Origin: Eledone cirrhosa
Lineage: Eukaryota
Assembly: GCA_964016885.1 (NCBI GenBank)
Contig: OZ024742.1
Span: 348,564,001 to 348,628,000, forward strand
DNA length: 64,000 bases
Direction of reading: 5' to 3'
Shown: positions 12,001-26,500 of the stretch, piece after piece
Position numbering within the stretch: position 1 is the stretch's first letter
Layout of the letters: every line of letters begins with the position of its first letter
Program-made: the position numbers and the translations under genes
Notes under the pieces: model-generated
What the model was told of the DNA's origin: nothing
The model's database searches: none
What the model saw: only the letters and a program-made list of their open reading frames with translations

Positions 12001-15000
12001 TGTTCTACTCAGGTGTGGTTGGACAGCTAAGGTGTTCTACTCAGGTGTAGATGGACAGTTAAGGTGTTCTACTCAGGTGTAGGTGGACAGTTAAGGTGTT
12101 CTACTGATGTGTGGTTGGTTAGTTAAGGTGTTCTACTCAGGTGTAGTTGGACATTTAAGATGTTCTACGCAGGTGTAGTTGGACAGTTAATGTGTTCTCC
12201 TCATGTGTGATTGGACAGTTAAGGTGTTCTACTGATGTGTGGTTGGTTAGTTAAGGTGTTCTATTCAGGTGTAGTTGGACAGTTAAGGTGTTCTACTCAG
12301 GTGTAGTTGGACAGTTAAGGTGTTCTACTCAGGTGTAGTTGGACAGTTAAGGTGTTCTACTCAGGTGTGATTGGACAGATAAGGTGTTCTACTCAGGTGT
12401 AGTTGGACAGTTAAGGTGTTCTCCTGATGTGTGGTTGGTTAGTTAAGGTGTTCTACGCAGGTGTAGTTGGACAGTTAAAGTGTTCTACTCAGATGTGGTT
12501 GGACAGTTAAGATGTCCTACTGATGTGTGGTTGGTTAGTTAAGGTGTTCTACTCAGGTGTAGTTGAACAGTTAAGGTGTTCTACTCAGCTGTGGTTGGAC
12601 AGTTAAGGTGTTCTACTGATGTGTGGTTGAACAGTTAAGGTGGTCTACTCAGGTGTAGTTGGACATTTAATGTGTTCTATTCAGGTGTAGTTGGACAGTT
12701 AATGTGTTCTACTGATGTGTGGTTGGTTAGTTAAGGTGTTCTAATCAGGTGTGGTTGGACAGTTAAGGTGTTCTACTCATGTGTAGTTTAACAGTTAAGG
12801 TGTTCTATTCAGGTGTGGTTGGTTAGTTAAGGTGTTCTATTCAGGTGTGGTTGGTTAGTTAAGGTGGTCTACTCAGGTGTAGATGGACAGTTTAGGTGTT
12901 CTACTCAGGTGTGGTTGGTTATATAAGGTGGTCTACTCAGGTGTTAGATGGACAGTTAACGTGTTCTACTGATGTCTGGTTGGTTAGTTAAGGTGTTCTA
13001 CTCAGGTGTAGTTGAACAGTTAAGGTGTTCTACTCAGCTGTGGTTGGACAATTAAGGTGTTCTACTGATGTGTGGTTAGTTAGTTAAGGTGTTCTACTCA
13101 GGTGTAGTTGGACAGTTAAGGTGTTCTACTCAGGTGTGGTTGGACAGTTAAGATGTTCTACTGATGTGTGGTTGGTTAGTTAATGTGTTCTACTCAGGTG
13201 TGGTTGGACAGTTAAGGTGTTCTACTCAGGTGTGGTTGGACAGCTAAGGTGTTCTATTCTGGTGTAGTTGGACAGTTCAGGTGTTCTATTCAGGTGTAGT
13301 TGGACAGTTAAGGTGTTCTACTCAGGTGTAGTTGGACAGTTAACGTGTTCTCCTGATGTGTGGTTGGTTAGTTAAGGTGTTCTACTCAGGTGTAGTTGGA
13401 CAGTTAAAGTGTACTACTCAGCTGTGGTTGGACAGTTAAGATGTTCTACTGATGTGTGGTTGGTTAGTTAAGGTGTTCTACTCAGGTGTAGTTGGACATT
13501 TAAGATGTTCTACGCAGGTGTAGTTGGACAGTTAATGTGTTCTCCTCATGTGTGATTGGACAGTTAAGGTGTTCTACTGATGTGTGGTTGGTTAGTTAAG
13601 GTGTTCTATTCAGGTGTAGTTGGACAGTTAAGGTGTTCTACTCAGGTGTAGTTGGACAGTTAAGGTGTTCTACTCAGGTGTAGTTGGACAGTTAAGGTGT
13701 TCTACTCAGGTGTGATTGGACAGATAAGGTGTTCTACTCAGGTGTAGTTGGACAGTTAAGGTGTTCTCCTGATGTGTGGTTGGTTAGTTAAGGTGTTCTA
13801 CGCAGGTGTAGTTGGACAGTTAAAGTGTTCTACTCAGATGTGGTTGGACAGTTAAGATGTTCTACTGATGTGTGGTCGGTTAGTTAAGGTGTTCTACTCA
13901 GGTGCAGTTGAACAGTTAAGGTGTTCTACTCAGCTGTGGTTGGACAGTTAAGGTGTTCTACTCAGGTGTGGTTGGACAGTTAAGGTGTTCTACTCAGGTG
14001 TAGTTGGACAGTTAAGGTGTTCTCCTGATGTGTGGTTGGTTAGTTAAGGTGTTCTACGCAGGTGTAGTTGGACAGTTAAAGTGTTCTACTCAGATGTGGT
14101 TGGACAGTTAAGATGTTCTACTGATGTGTGGTTGGTTAGTTAAGGTGTTCTACTCAGGTGTAGTTGAACAGTTAAGGTGTTCTACTCAGCTGTGGTTGGA
14201 CAGTTAAGGTGTTCTACTGATGTGTGGTTGAACAGTTAAGGTGGTCTACTCAGGTGTAGTTGGACATTTAAGGTGTTCTATTCAGGTGTAGTTGGACAGT
14301 TAAGGTGTTCTACTGATGTGTGGTTGGTTAGTTAAGGTGTTCTAATCAGGTGTGGTTGGACAGTTAAGGTGTTCTACTCATGTGTAGTTGAACAGTTAAG
14401 GTGTTCTATTCAGGTGTGGTTGGTTAGTTAAGGTGTTCTATTCAGGTGTGGTTGGTTAGTTAAGGTGGTCTACTCAGGTGTAGATGGACAGTTTAGGTGT
14501 TCTACTCAGGTGTGGTTGGTTATATAAGGTGGTCTACTCAGGTGTTAGATGGACAGTTAACGTGTTCTACTGATGTCTGGTTGGTTAGTTAAGGTGTTCT
14601 ACTCAGGTGTAGTTGAACAGTTAAGGTGTTCTACTCAGCTGTGGTTGGACAATTAAGGTGTTCTACTGATGTGTGGTTAGTTAGTTAAGGTGTTCTACTC
14701 AGGTGTAGTTGGACAGTTAAGGTGTTCTACTCAGGTGTGGTTGGACAGTTAAGATGTTCTACTGATGTGTGGTTGGTTAGTTAATGTGTTCTACTCAGGT
14801 GTGGTTGGACAGTTAAGGTGTTCTACTCAGGTGTGGTTGGACAGCTAAGGTGTTCTATTCTGGTGTAGTTGGACAGTTCAGGTGTTCTATTCAGGTGTAG
14901 TTGGACAGTTAAGGTGTTCTACTCAGGTGTAGTTGGACAGTTAACGTGTTCTCCTGATGTGTGGTTGGTTAGTTAAGGTGTTCTACTCAGGTGTAGTTGG

Positions 15001-15100
15001 ACAGTTAAAGTGTACTACTCAGCTGTGGTTGGACAGTTAAGATGTTCTACTGATGTGTGGTTGGTTAGTTAAGGTGTTCTACTCAGGTGTGGTTGAACAG
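1..15100 (+). repeat. Left higher-order-repeat domain: three related multi-kb copies starting at 1, 6021 and 10567, plus a partial fourth
   Basis: The same ordered rare variants recur: aggcgtag (101, 6121, 10667), agttgagctg (659, 6679, 11513), and ttatataagg followed by +1 ggtgttagatgg (2801, 8373, 12919, 14520). Offsets are 6020 (188 units+4), 4546 (142 units+2) and 1601 (50 units+1). Confidence 0.85.
10695..11270 (+). repeat. Local tandem duplication of 9 monomers (2 x 288 bp)
   Basis: The block acYgatatgtgg...gtgaagttggacattt...aaagtggtct...ttgatcag starts at 10695 and again at 10983. Confidence 0.85.
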
Positions 15101-15299
15101 TTAAAGTGTTCTACTCAGGTGTGGTTGGACAGCTAAGGTGTTCTACTCAGGTGTGGTTGGACAGCTAAGGTGTTCTACTCAAGTGTAGTTGGACATTTAA
15201 GGTGTTCTACTCAGGTGTATTTGAACAGTTAAGGTGTTCTACTCAGGTGTGTTTGAACAGTTAAGGTGTTCTACTCAGGTGTAGTTGGACAGTTAAGGT

Positions 15300-18200
15300 G
15301 TTCTACTCAGGTGTAGTTGAACAGTTAAGGTGTCCTATTCAGGTGTGGTTGAACAGTTAAGGTGTTCTACTGAGGTGTAGTTGGACAGTTAAGGTGTTCT
15401 ATTCAGGTGTTGTTGAACAGTTAAGGTGTTCTACTGATGTGTGGTTGGACACTTAAAGTGTTCTACTCAGGTGTAGTTGAACAGTTAAGGTGTTCTACTC
15501 AGGTATGTTTGGACAGTTAAGGTGTTCTATTCAGGTGTGGTTGAACAGTTAAGGTGTTCTACTGATGTGTGGTTGGACAGTTAAGATGTCCTACTCAGAT
15601 GTAGTTGAACAGTTAAGGTGTTCTATTCAGGTGTGGTTGAACAGTTAAAGTGTTCTACTCAGGTGTAGTTGGACAGGTAAGGTGTTCTACTCAGGTGTAG
15701 TTGGACAGTTAAGGTGTTCTACTGGTGTGTGGTTGGTTAGTTAAGGTGTTCTACTCATGTGTAGTTGAACAGTTAAGGTATTCTACTCAGGTGTAGTTGG
15801 ACAGTTAAGGTGTTCTATTCAGGTGTGGTTTAACAGTTAAGGTGTTCTACTCAGGTGTGGTTGGACAGTTAAGATGTTCTACTCAGGTGTAGTTGAACAG
15901 TTAACGTGTTCTATTCAGGTGTAGTTGGACAGTTAATGTGTTCTACTCAGGTGTAGTTGGACAGTTAAGGTGTTCTACTCAGGCGTGGTTGGACAGTTAA
16001 GGTGTTCTACTGATATGTGGTTGGTTAGTTAAGGTGTTCTACTCAGGTGAAGTTGGGCATTTAAGGTGTTCTATTCAGGTGTAGTTGGACAGTTAAGGTG
16101 TTCTATTCAGGTGTGGTTGAACAGTTAAGGTGTTCTATTCAGGTGTGGTTGGACAATTAAAGTGGTCTACTCAGGTGTGGTTGGTTAGTTAAGGTGTTCT
16201 ACTCAGGTGTAGTTGATCATTTAAGGTGTTCAATTCAGGTGTAGTTGGACAGTTAATGTGGTCTTCTCAGGTGTAGTTGGACAGTTAAGGTGTTCTACTG
16301 ATGTGTGGTTGGTTAGTTAAGGTGTTCTACTCAGGTGTAGTTGGACAGTTAAAGTGTTCTACTCAGCTGTGGTTGGACAGTTAAGATGTTCTACTGATGT
16401 GTGGTTGGTTAGTTAAGGTGTTCTACTCAGGTGTAGTTGGAGAGTTAAGGTGTTCTACTCAGGTCTGGTTGGACAGTTAAGGTGTTCTACTGATGTGTGG
16501 TTGGTTAGTTAAGGTGTTCTACTCAGGTGTGGTTGAACAGTTAAGGTGTTCTACTCAGGTGTGGTTGGACAGTTAAGGTGTTCTACTGATGTGTGGTTGG
16601 TTAGTTACGGTGTTCTACTCAGGTGTGGTTGAACAGTTAAGGTGTTCTACTCAGGTGTAGTTGGACAGTTAAGGTGTTCTACTCAGGTGTGGTTGAACAG
16701 TTAAGGTGTTCTACTCAGGTGTAGTTGAACAGTTAAGGTGTTCTATTCAGGTGTAGTTGGACAGTTAAGGTGTTCTACTCAGGTGTGGTTGAACAGTTAA
16801 GGTGTTCTACTGAGGTGTAGTTGGACAGTTAAGGTGTTCTACTCAGGTGTGGTTGAACAGTTAAGGTGTTCTACTGAGGTGTAGTTGGACAGTTAATGTG
16901 TTCTATTCAGGTGTTGTTGAACAGTTAAGGTGTTCTACTGATGTGTGGTTGGACAGTTAAGGTGTTCTACTCAGGTGTAGTTGAACAGTTAAGGTGTTCT
17001 ACTCAGGTGTGTTTGGACAGTTAAGGTGTTCTATTCAGGTGTGGTTGAACAGTTAAGGTGTTCTACTGATGTGTGGTTGGACAGTTAAGATGTCCTACTC
17101 AGATGTAGTTGAACAGTTAAGGTGTTCTATTCAGGTGTGGTTGAACAGTTAAAGTGTTCTAGTCAGGTGTAGTTGGACAGTTAAGGTGTTCTACTCAGGT
17201 GTAGTTGGACAGTTAAGGTGTTCCACTGGTGTGTGGTTGGTTAGTTAAGGTGTTCTACTCATGTGTAGTTGAACAGTTAAGGTATTCTACTCAGGTGTAG
17301 TTGGACAGTTAAGGTGTTCTATTCAGGTGTGGTTTAACAGTAAGGTGTTCTACTCAGGTGTGGTTGGACAGTTAAGATGTTCTACTCAGGTGTAGTTGAA
17401 CAGTTAAGGTGTTCTATTCAGGTGTAGTTGGACAGTTAAGGTGTTCTACTCAGGTGTAGTTGGACAGTTAAGGTGTTCTACTCAGGCGTGGTTGGACAGT
17501 TAAGGTGTTCTACTGATATGTGGTTGGTTAGTTAAGGTGTTCTACTCAGGTGAAGTTGGGCATTTAAGGTGTTCTATTCAGGTGTAGTTGGACAGTTAAG
17601 GTGTTCTATTCAGGTGTGGTTGAACAGTTAAGGTGTTCTATTCAGGTGTGGTTGGACAGTTAAAGTGGTCTACTCAGGTGTGGTTGGTTAGTTAAGGTGT
17701 TCTACTCAGGTGTAGTTGATCAGTTAAGGTGTTCAATTCAGGTGTAGTTGGACAGTTAAGGTGGTCTTCTCAGGTGTAGTTGGACAGTTAAGGTGTTCTA
17801 CTGATGTGTGGTTGGTTAGTTAAGGTGTTCTACTCAGGTGTAGTTGAACAGTTAAGGTGTTCTACTCAGCTGTGGCTGGACAGTTAAGGTGTTCTACTGA
17901 TGTGTGGTTGGTTAGTTAAGGTGTTCTACTAAGGTGTAGTTGGACAGTTAAGGCGTTCTACTCAGGTGTGGTTGGACAGTTAAGGTGTTCTACTGATGTG
18001 TGTTTGGTTAGTTAAGGTGTTCTACTCAGGTGTGGTTGAACAGTTGAGTTGTTCTACTCAGGTGTGGCTGGACAGCTAAGGTGTTCTACTCAAGTGTAGT
18101 TGGACATTTAAGGTGTTCTACTCAGGTGTAGTTGAACAGTTAAGGTGTTCTATTCTGGTGTAGTTGAACAGTTAAGGTGTTCTATTCAGGTGTGGTTGGA

Positions 18201-21200
18201 CAGTTAAGGTGTTCTACTCAAGTCTAGTTGGACAGTTAAGGCGTTCTACTCAGGTGTGGTTGAACAGTTAAGGTGTTCTACTCAGGTGTAGTTGGACAGT
18301 TAAGGTGTTCTACTCAAGTCTAGTTGGACAGTTAAGGTGTTCTACTCAGGTGTGGTTGAACAGTTAAGGTGTTCTACTCAGGTGTGGGGGGACAGCTAAG
18401 GTGTTCTACGCAGGTGTGGTTGGACAGTTAAGGTGTTCTACTCAGGTGTGGTTGGACAGCTAAGGTGTTCAACTCAGGCGTAGTTGGACAGTTAAGGTGT
18501 TCTACTCAGGTGTGGTTGAACAGTTAAGGTGTTCTACTCAGGTGTAGTTGGACAGTTAAGGTGTTCTACTCAGGTGTAGTTGGACATTTAAGATGTTCTA
18601 CGCAGGTGTAGTTGGACAGTTAATGTGTTCTCCTCATGTGTGATTGGACAGTTAAGGTGTTCTATTCAGGTGTAGTTGGACAGTTAAGGTGTTCTACTCA
18701 GGTGTAGTTGGACAGTTAAGGTGTTCTACTCAGGTGTAGTTGGACAGTTAAGGTGTTCTACTCAGGTGTAGTTGGACAGTTAAGGTGTTCTCCTGATGTG
18801 TGGTTGGTTAGTTAAGGTGTTCTACGCAGGTGTAGTTGGACAGTTAAAGTGTTCTACTCAGATGTGGTTGGACAGTTAAGATGTTCTACTGATGTGTGGT
18901 TGGTTAGTTAAGGTGTTCTACTCAGGTGTAGTTGAACAGTTAAGGTGTTCTACTCAGCTGTGGTTGGACAGTTAAGGTGTTCTACTGATGTGTGGTTGAA
19001 CAGTTAAGGTGGTCTACTCAGGTGTAGTTGGACATTTAAGGTGTTCTATTCAGGTGTAGTTGGACAGTTAAGGTGTTCTACTGATGTGTGGTTGGTTAGT
19101 TAAGATGTTCTAATCAGGTGTGGTTGGAAGTTAAGGTGTTCTACTCATGTGTAGTTGAACAGTTAAGGTGTTCTATTCAGGTGTGGTTGGTTAGTTAAGG
19201 TGTTCTATTCAGGTGTGGTTGGTTAGTTAAGGTGGTCTACTCAGGTGTAGATGGACAGTTAAGGTGTTCTACTCAGGTGTGGTTGGTTACTTAAGGTGGT
19301 CTACTCAGGTGTAGATGGACAGTTAACGTGTTCTACTGATGTGTGGTTGGTTAGTTAAGGTGTTCTACTCAGGTGTAGTTGAACAGTTAAGGTGTTCTAC
19401 TCAGGTGTGGTTGGACAGTTAAGATGTTCTACTGATGTGTGGTTGGTTATTTAAGGTGTTCTACTCAGGTGTGGTTGGACAGTTAAGGTGTTCTACTCAG
19501 GTGTGGTTGGACAGCTAAGGTGTTCTATTCTGGTGTAGTTGGACAGTTAAGGTGTTCTATTCAGGTGTAGTTGGACAGTTAAGGTGTTCTACTCAGGTGT
19601 AGTTGAACAGTTAAGGTGTTCTACTCAGGTGTGGTTGAACAGTTAAGGTGTTCTACTCAGGTGTAGTTGGACAGTTAAGGTGTTCTACTCAGGTGTAGTT
19701 GAACAGTTAAGGTGTTCTATTCAGGTGTAGTTGGACAGTTAAGGTGTTCTACTCAGGTGTGGTTGAACAGTTAAGGTGTTCTACTGAGGTGTAGTTGGAC
19801 AGTTAAGGTGTTCTATTCAGGTGTTGTTGAACAGTTAAGGTGTTCTACTGATGTGTGGTTGGACAGTTAAAGTGTTCTACTCAGGTGTAGTTGAACAGTT
19901 AAGGTGTTCTACTCAGGTGTGTTTGGACAGTTAAGGTGTTCTATTCAGGTGTGGTTGAACAGTTAAGGTGTTCTACTGATGTGTGGTTGGACAGTTAAGA
20001 TGTCCTACTCAGATGTAGTTGAACAGTTAAGGTGTTCTATTCAGGTGTGGTTGAACAGTTAAATTGTTCTACTCAGGTGTAGTTGGACAGTTAAGGTGTT
20101 CTACTGGTGTGTGGTTGGTTAGTTAAGGTGTTCTACTCATGTGTAGTTGAACAGTTAAGGTATTCTACTCAGGTGTAGTTGGACAGTTAAGGTGTTCTAT
20201 TCAGGTGTGGTTTAACAGTTAAGGTGTTCTACTCAGGTGTGGTTGGACAGTTAATATGTTCTACTCAGGTGTAGTTGAACAGTTAACGTGTTCTATTCAG
20301 GTGTAGTTGGACAGTTAAGGTGTTCTACTCAGGTGTAGTTGGACAGTTAAGGTGTTCTACTCAGGCGTGGTTGGACAGTTAAGGTGTTCTACTGATATGT
20401 GGTTGGTTAGTTAAGGTGTTCTACTCAGGTGAAGTTGGACATTTAAGGTGTTCTATTCAGGTGTAGTTGGACAGTTAAGGTGTTCTATTCAGGTGTGGTT
20501 GAACAGTTAAGGTGTTCTATTCAGGTGTGGTTGGACAGTTAAAGTGGTCTACTCAGGTGTGGTTGGTTAGTTAAGGTGTTCTACTCAGGTGTAGTTGATC
20601 AGTTAAGGTGTTCAATTCAGGTGTAGTTGGACAGTTAAGGTGGTCTTCTCAGGTGTAGTTGGACAGTTAAGGTGTTCTACTGACGTGTGGTTGGTTAGTT
20701 AAGGTGTTCTACTCAGGTGTAGTTGGACAGTTAAAGTGTTCTACTCAGCTGTGGTTGGACAGTTAAGATGTTCTACTGATGTGTGGTTGGTTAGTTAAGG
20801 TGTTCTACTCAGGTGTAGTTGGAGAGTTAAGGTGTTCTACTCAGGTCTGGTTGGACAGTTAAGGTGTTCTACTGATGTGTGGTTGGTTAGTTAAGGTGTT
20901 CTACTCAGGTGTGGTTGAACAGTTAAGGTGTTCTACTCAGGTGTGGTTGGACAGTTAAGGTGTTCTACTGATGTGTGGTTGGTTAGTTAAGGTGTTCTAC
21001 TCAGGTGTGGTTGAACAGTTAAGGTGTTTTCCTCAGGTGTGGTTGGACAGCTAAGGTGTTCTACTCAGGTGTGGTTGGACAGCTAAGGTGTTCTACTCAA
21101 GTGTAGTTGGACATTTAAGGTGTTCTACTCAGGTGTAGTTGAACAGTTAAGGTGTTCTACTAAGGTGTAGTTGGACAGTTAAGGTGTTCTATTCAGGTGT

Positions 21201-22450
21201 GGTTGAACAGTTAAGGTGTTCTACTCAGGTGTGGTTGGACAGATAAGGTGTTCTACTCAGGTGTAGTTGAACAGTTAAGGTGTTCTATTCAGGTGTAGTT
21301 GGACAGTTAAGGTGTTCTACTCAGGTGTGGTTGAACAGTTAAGGTGTTCTACTCAGGTGTAGTTGGACAGTTAAGGTGTTCTACTCAGGTGTAGTTGAAC
21401 AGTTAAGGTGTTCTATTCAGGTGTAGTTGGACAGTTAAGGTGTTCTACTCAGTTGTGGTTGAACAGTTAAGGTGTTCTACTGAGGTGTAGTTGGACAGTT
21501 AAGGTGTTCTACTCAGGTGTTGTTGAACAGTTAAGGTGTTCTACTGATGTGTGGTTGGACAGTTAATGTGTTCTACTCAGGTGTAGTTGAACAGTTAAGG
21601 TGTTCTACTCAGGTGTGTTTGGACAGTTAAGGTGTTCTATTCAGGTGTGGTTGAACAGTTAAGGTGTTCTACTGATGTGTGGTTGAACAGTTAAGATGTC
21701 CTACTCAGATGTAGTTGAACAGTTAAGGTGTTCTATTCAGGTGTGGTTGAACAGTTAAAGTGTTCTACTCAGGTGTAGTTGGACAGTTAATGTGTTCTAC
21801 TCAGGTGTAGTTGGACAGTTAAGGTGTTCTACTGGTGTGTGGTTGGTTAGTTAAGGTGTTCTACTCATGTGTAGTTGAACAGTTAAGGTATTCTACTCAG
21901 GTGTAGTTGGACAGTTAAGGTGTTCTATTCAGGTGTGGTTTAACAGTTAAGGTGTTCTACTCAGGTGTGGTTGGACAGTTAAGATGTTCTACTCAGGTGT
22001 AGTTGAACAGTTAAGGTGTTCTATTCAGGTGTAGTTGGACAGTTAAGGTGTTCTACTCAGGTGTAGTTGGACAGTTAAGGTGTTCTACTCAGGCGTGGTT
22101 GGACAGTTAAGGTGTTCTACTGATATGTGGTTGGTTAGTTAAGGTGTTCTACTCAGGTGAAGTTGGGCATTTAAGGTGTTCTATTCAGGTGTGGTTGAGC
22201 AGTTAAGGTGTTCTATTCAGGTGTGGTTGGACAGTTAAAGTGGTCTACTCAGGTGTGGTTGGTTAGTTAAGGTGTTCTACTCAGGTGTAGTTGATCAGTT
22301 AAGGTGTTCAATTCAGGTGTAGTTGGACAGTTAAGGTGGTCTTCTCAGGTGTAGTTGGACAGTTAAGGTGTTCTACTGATGTGTGGTTGGTTAGTTAAGG
22401 TGTTCTACTCAGGTGTAGTTGAACAGTTAAGGTGTTCTACTCAGCTGTGG
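15300..22450 (+). repeat. Transitional domain with a recurring ~1.5-1.7 kb block
   Basis: Markers ggtttaacag (15827, 17331, 20209, 21937) and gaagttgggcattt (~16050, ~17553, ~22160) recur with aggcgtgg and ttcaattc/ggtcttctc in the same order. Confidence 0.7.
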
Positions 22451-23599
22451 TTGGACAGTTAAGGTGTTCTACTGATGTGTGTTTGGTTAGTTAAGGTGTT
22501 CTACTCAGGTGTGGTTGAACAGTTGAGTTGTTCTACTCAGGTGTGGCTGGACAGCTAAGGTGTTCTACTCAGGTGTAGTTGGACATTTAAGGTGTTCTAC
22601 TCAGGTGTAGTTGAACAGTTAAGGTGTTCTATTCAGGTGTAGTTGAACAGTTAAGGTGTTCTATTCAGGTGTGGTTGGTTAGTTAAGGTGGTCTACTCAG
22701 GTGTAGATGGATAGTTAAGGTGTTCCTCTCAGGTGTAGATGGACAGTTAAGGTGTTCTACTCAAGTCTAGTTGGACAGTTAAGGTGTTCTACTCAGGTGT
22801 GGTTGAACAGTTAAGGTGTTCTACTCAGGTGTGGGGGGACAGCTAAGGTGTTCTACGCAGGTGTGCTTGGACAGTTAAGGTGTTCTACTCAGGTGTGGTT
22901 GGACAGCTAAGATGTTCAACTCAGGTGTAGTTGGACAGTTAAGGTGTTCTACTCAGGTGTGGTTGGACAGGTAAGGTGTTCTACTCAGGTGTAGGTGGAC
23001 AGTTAAGGTTTTCTACTGATGTGTGTTTGGTTAGTTAAGGTGTTCTACTCAGGTGTAGTTGGACATTTAAGATGTTCTACGCAGGTGTAGTTGGACAGTT
23101 AATGTGTTCTCCTCATGTGTGATTGGACAGTTAAGGTGTTCTATTCAGGTGTAGTTGGACAGTTAAGGTGTTCTACTCAGGTGTAGTTGGACAGTTAAGG
23201 TGTTCTACTCAGGTGTAGTTGGACAGTTAAGGTGTTCTACTCAGGTGTGATTGGACAGTTAAGGTGTTCTACTCAGGTGTAGTTGGACAGTTAAGGTGTT
23301 CTCCTGATGTGTGGTTGGTTAGTTAAGGTGTTCTACGCAGGTGTAGTTGGACAGTTAAAGTGTTCTACTCAGATGTGGTTGGACAGTTAAGATGTTCTAC
23401 TGATGTGTGGTTGGTTAGTTAAGGTGTTCTACTCAGGTGTAGTTGAACAGTTAAGGTGTTCTACTCAGCTGTGGTTGGACAGTTAAGGTGTTCTACTGAT
23501 GTGTGGTTGAACAGTTAAGGTGGTCTACTCAGGTGTAGTTGGACATTTAAGGTGTTCTATTCAGGTGTAGTTGGACAGTTAAGGTGTTCTACTGATGTG

Positions 23600-26500
23600 T
23601 GGTTGGTTAGTTAAGGTGTTCTAATCAGGTGTGGTTGGAAGTTAAGGTGTTCTACTCATGTGTAGTTGAACAGTTAAGGTGTTCTATTCAGGTGTGGTTG
23701 GTTAGTTAAGGTGTTCTATTCAGGTGTGGTTGGTTAGTTAAGGTGGTCTACTCAGGTGTAGATGGACAGTTAAGTTGTTCTACTCAGGTGTGGTTGGTTA
23801 CTTAAGGTGGTCTACTCAGGTGTAGATGGACAGTTAACGTGTTCTACTGATGTGTGGTTGGTTAGTTAAGGTGTTCTACTCAGGTGTAGTTGAACAGTTA
23901 AGGTGTTCTACACAGCTGTGGTTGGACAATTAAGGTGTTCTACTGATGTGTGGTTAGTTAGTTAAGGTGTTCTACTCAGGTGTATTTGGACAGTTAAGGT
24001 GTTCTACTCAGGTGTGGTTGGACAGTTAAGATGTTCTACTGATGTGTGGTTGGTTAGTTAAGGTGTTCTACTCAGGTGTGGTTGGACAGTTAAGGTGTTC
24101 TACTCAGGTGTGGTTGGACAGCTAAGGTGTTCTATTCTGGTGTAGTTGGACAGTTAAGGTGTTCTACTCAGGTGTAGTTGGACAGTTAAGGTGTTCTACT
24201 CAGGTGTGGTTGGACAGTTAAGGTGTTCTACTGATGTGTGGTTGATTAGTTAAGGTGTTCTACTCAGGTGTGGTTGAACAGTTAAGGTGTTCTACTCAGG
24301 TGTGGCTGGACAGTTAAGGTGTTCTACTGATGTGTGGTTGGTTAGTTAAGGTGTTCTACTCAGGTGTGGTTGAACAGTTAAGGTGTTCTACTCAGGTGTG
24401 GTTGGACAGCTAAGGTGTTCTACTCAGGTGTAGTTGGACAGTTAAGGTGTTCTACTCAGGTGTAGTTGAACAGTTAAGGTGTTCTACTCAGGTGTAGTTG
24501 GACAGTTAAGGTGTTCTACTCAGGTGTAGATGGACAGTTAAGGTGTTCTATTCAGGTGTGGTTGAACAGTTAAGGTGTTCTACTCAGGTGTGGTTGGACA
24601 GTTAAGGTGTTCTACTCAGGTGTAGTTGAACAGTTAAGGTGTTCTATTCAGGTGTAGTTGGACAGTTAAGGTGTTCTACTCAGGTGTGGTTGAACAGTTA
24701 AGGTGTTCTACTCAGGTGTAGTTGGACAGTTAAGGTGTTCTACTCAGGTGTAGTTGGACAGTTAAGGTGTTCTATTCAGGTGTGGTTGAACAGTTAAGGT
24801 GTTCTACTGATGCGTGGTTGGACAGTTAAGGTGTTCTACTCAGGTGTAGTTGAACAGTTAAGGTGTTCGACTGATGTGTGGTTGGACAGTTAAGGTGTTC
24901 TACTCAGGTGTTGTTTGACAGTTAAGGTATTCTACTCAGGTGTGGTTGGACAGTTAAGGTGTTCTACTGATATGTGGTTGGACAGTTAAGGTGTTCTACT
25001 GATATGTGGTTGGTTAGTTAAGGTGTTCTACTCAGGTGAAGTTGAACAGTTAAGGTGTTCTACTCAGGTGTAGTTGGACAGTTAAGGTGTTCTACTCAGG
25101 TGTGATTGAACAGTTAAGGTGTTCTACTCAGGTGTAGTAGGAAAGTTAAGGTGTTCTACTCAGGTGTAGTTGGACAGTTAAGGTGTTCTACTCAGGTGTG
25201 GTTGGACAGTTAAGGTGTTCTACTGATATGTGGTTGGTTAGATAAGATGTTCTACTCAGGTGAAGTTGGACATTTAAGGTGTTCTATTCAGGTGTAGTTG
25301 GACAGTTAAGATGTTCTACTGTTGTGTGGTTGGTTAGTTAAGGTGTTCTACTCAGGTGTGGTTGGACAGTTAAGGTGTTCTACTCAGGTGTGGTTGGACA
25401 GCTAAGGTGTTCTATTCTGGTGTAGTTGGACAGTTAAGGTGTACTACTCAGGTGTAGTTGGACAGTTAAGCTGTTCTCCTGATGTGTGGTTGGTCAGTTA
25501 AGGTGTTCTACTCAGGTGTAGTTGGACAGTTAAAGTGTTCTACTCAGCTGTGGTTGGACAGTTAAGATGTTCTACTGATGTGTGGTTGGTTAGTTAAGGT
25601 GTTCTACTCAGGTGTAGTTGGAGAGTTAAGGTGTTCTACTCAGGTGTGGTTGGACAGTTAATGTGTTCTACTGATGTGTGGTTGGTTAGTTAAGGTGTTC
25701 TACTCAGGCGTGGTTGAACAGTTAAGGTGTTCTACTCAGGTGTGGTTGGACAGTTAAGGTCTTCTACTGATGTGTGGTTGGTTAGTTAAGGTGTTCTACT
25801 CAGGTGTGGTTGAACAGTTAAGGTGTTCTACTCAGGTGTGTTTGGACAGCTAAGGTGTTCTACTCAGGTGTAGTTGGACAGTTAAGGTGTTCTACTCAGG
25901 TGTAGTTGAACAGTTAAGGTGTTCTACTCAGGTGTAGTTGGACAGTTAAGGTGTTCTACTCAGGTGTAGATGGACAGTTAAGGTGTTCTACTCAGGTGTA
26001 GTTGGACAGTTAAGGTGTTCTATTCAGGTGTGGCTGAACAGTTAAGGTGTTCTACTCAGGTGTGGTTGGACAGTTAAGGTGTTCTACTCAGGTGTAGTTG
26101 AACAGTTAAGGTGTTCTATTCAGGTGTAGTTGGACAGTTAAGGTGTTCTACTCAGGTGTGGTTGAACAGTTAAGGTGTTCTACTCAGGTGTAGTTGGACA
26201 GTTAATGTGTTCTACTCAGGTGTAGTTGGACAGTTAAGGTGTTCTATTCAGGTGTGGTTGAACAGTTAAGGTGTTCTACTGATGCGTGGTTGGACAGTTA
26301 AGGTGTTCTGCGCAGGTGTAGTTGAACAGTTAAGGTGTTCTACTCAGGTGTAGTTGGACAGTTAAGGTGTTCTATTCAGGTGTGGTTGAACAGTTAAGGT
26401 GTTCTACTGATGTGTGGTTGGACAGTTAAGGTGTTCTACTCAGGTGTTGTTTGACAGTTAAGGTATTCTACTCAGGTGTGGTTGGACAGTTAAGGTGTTC

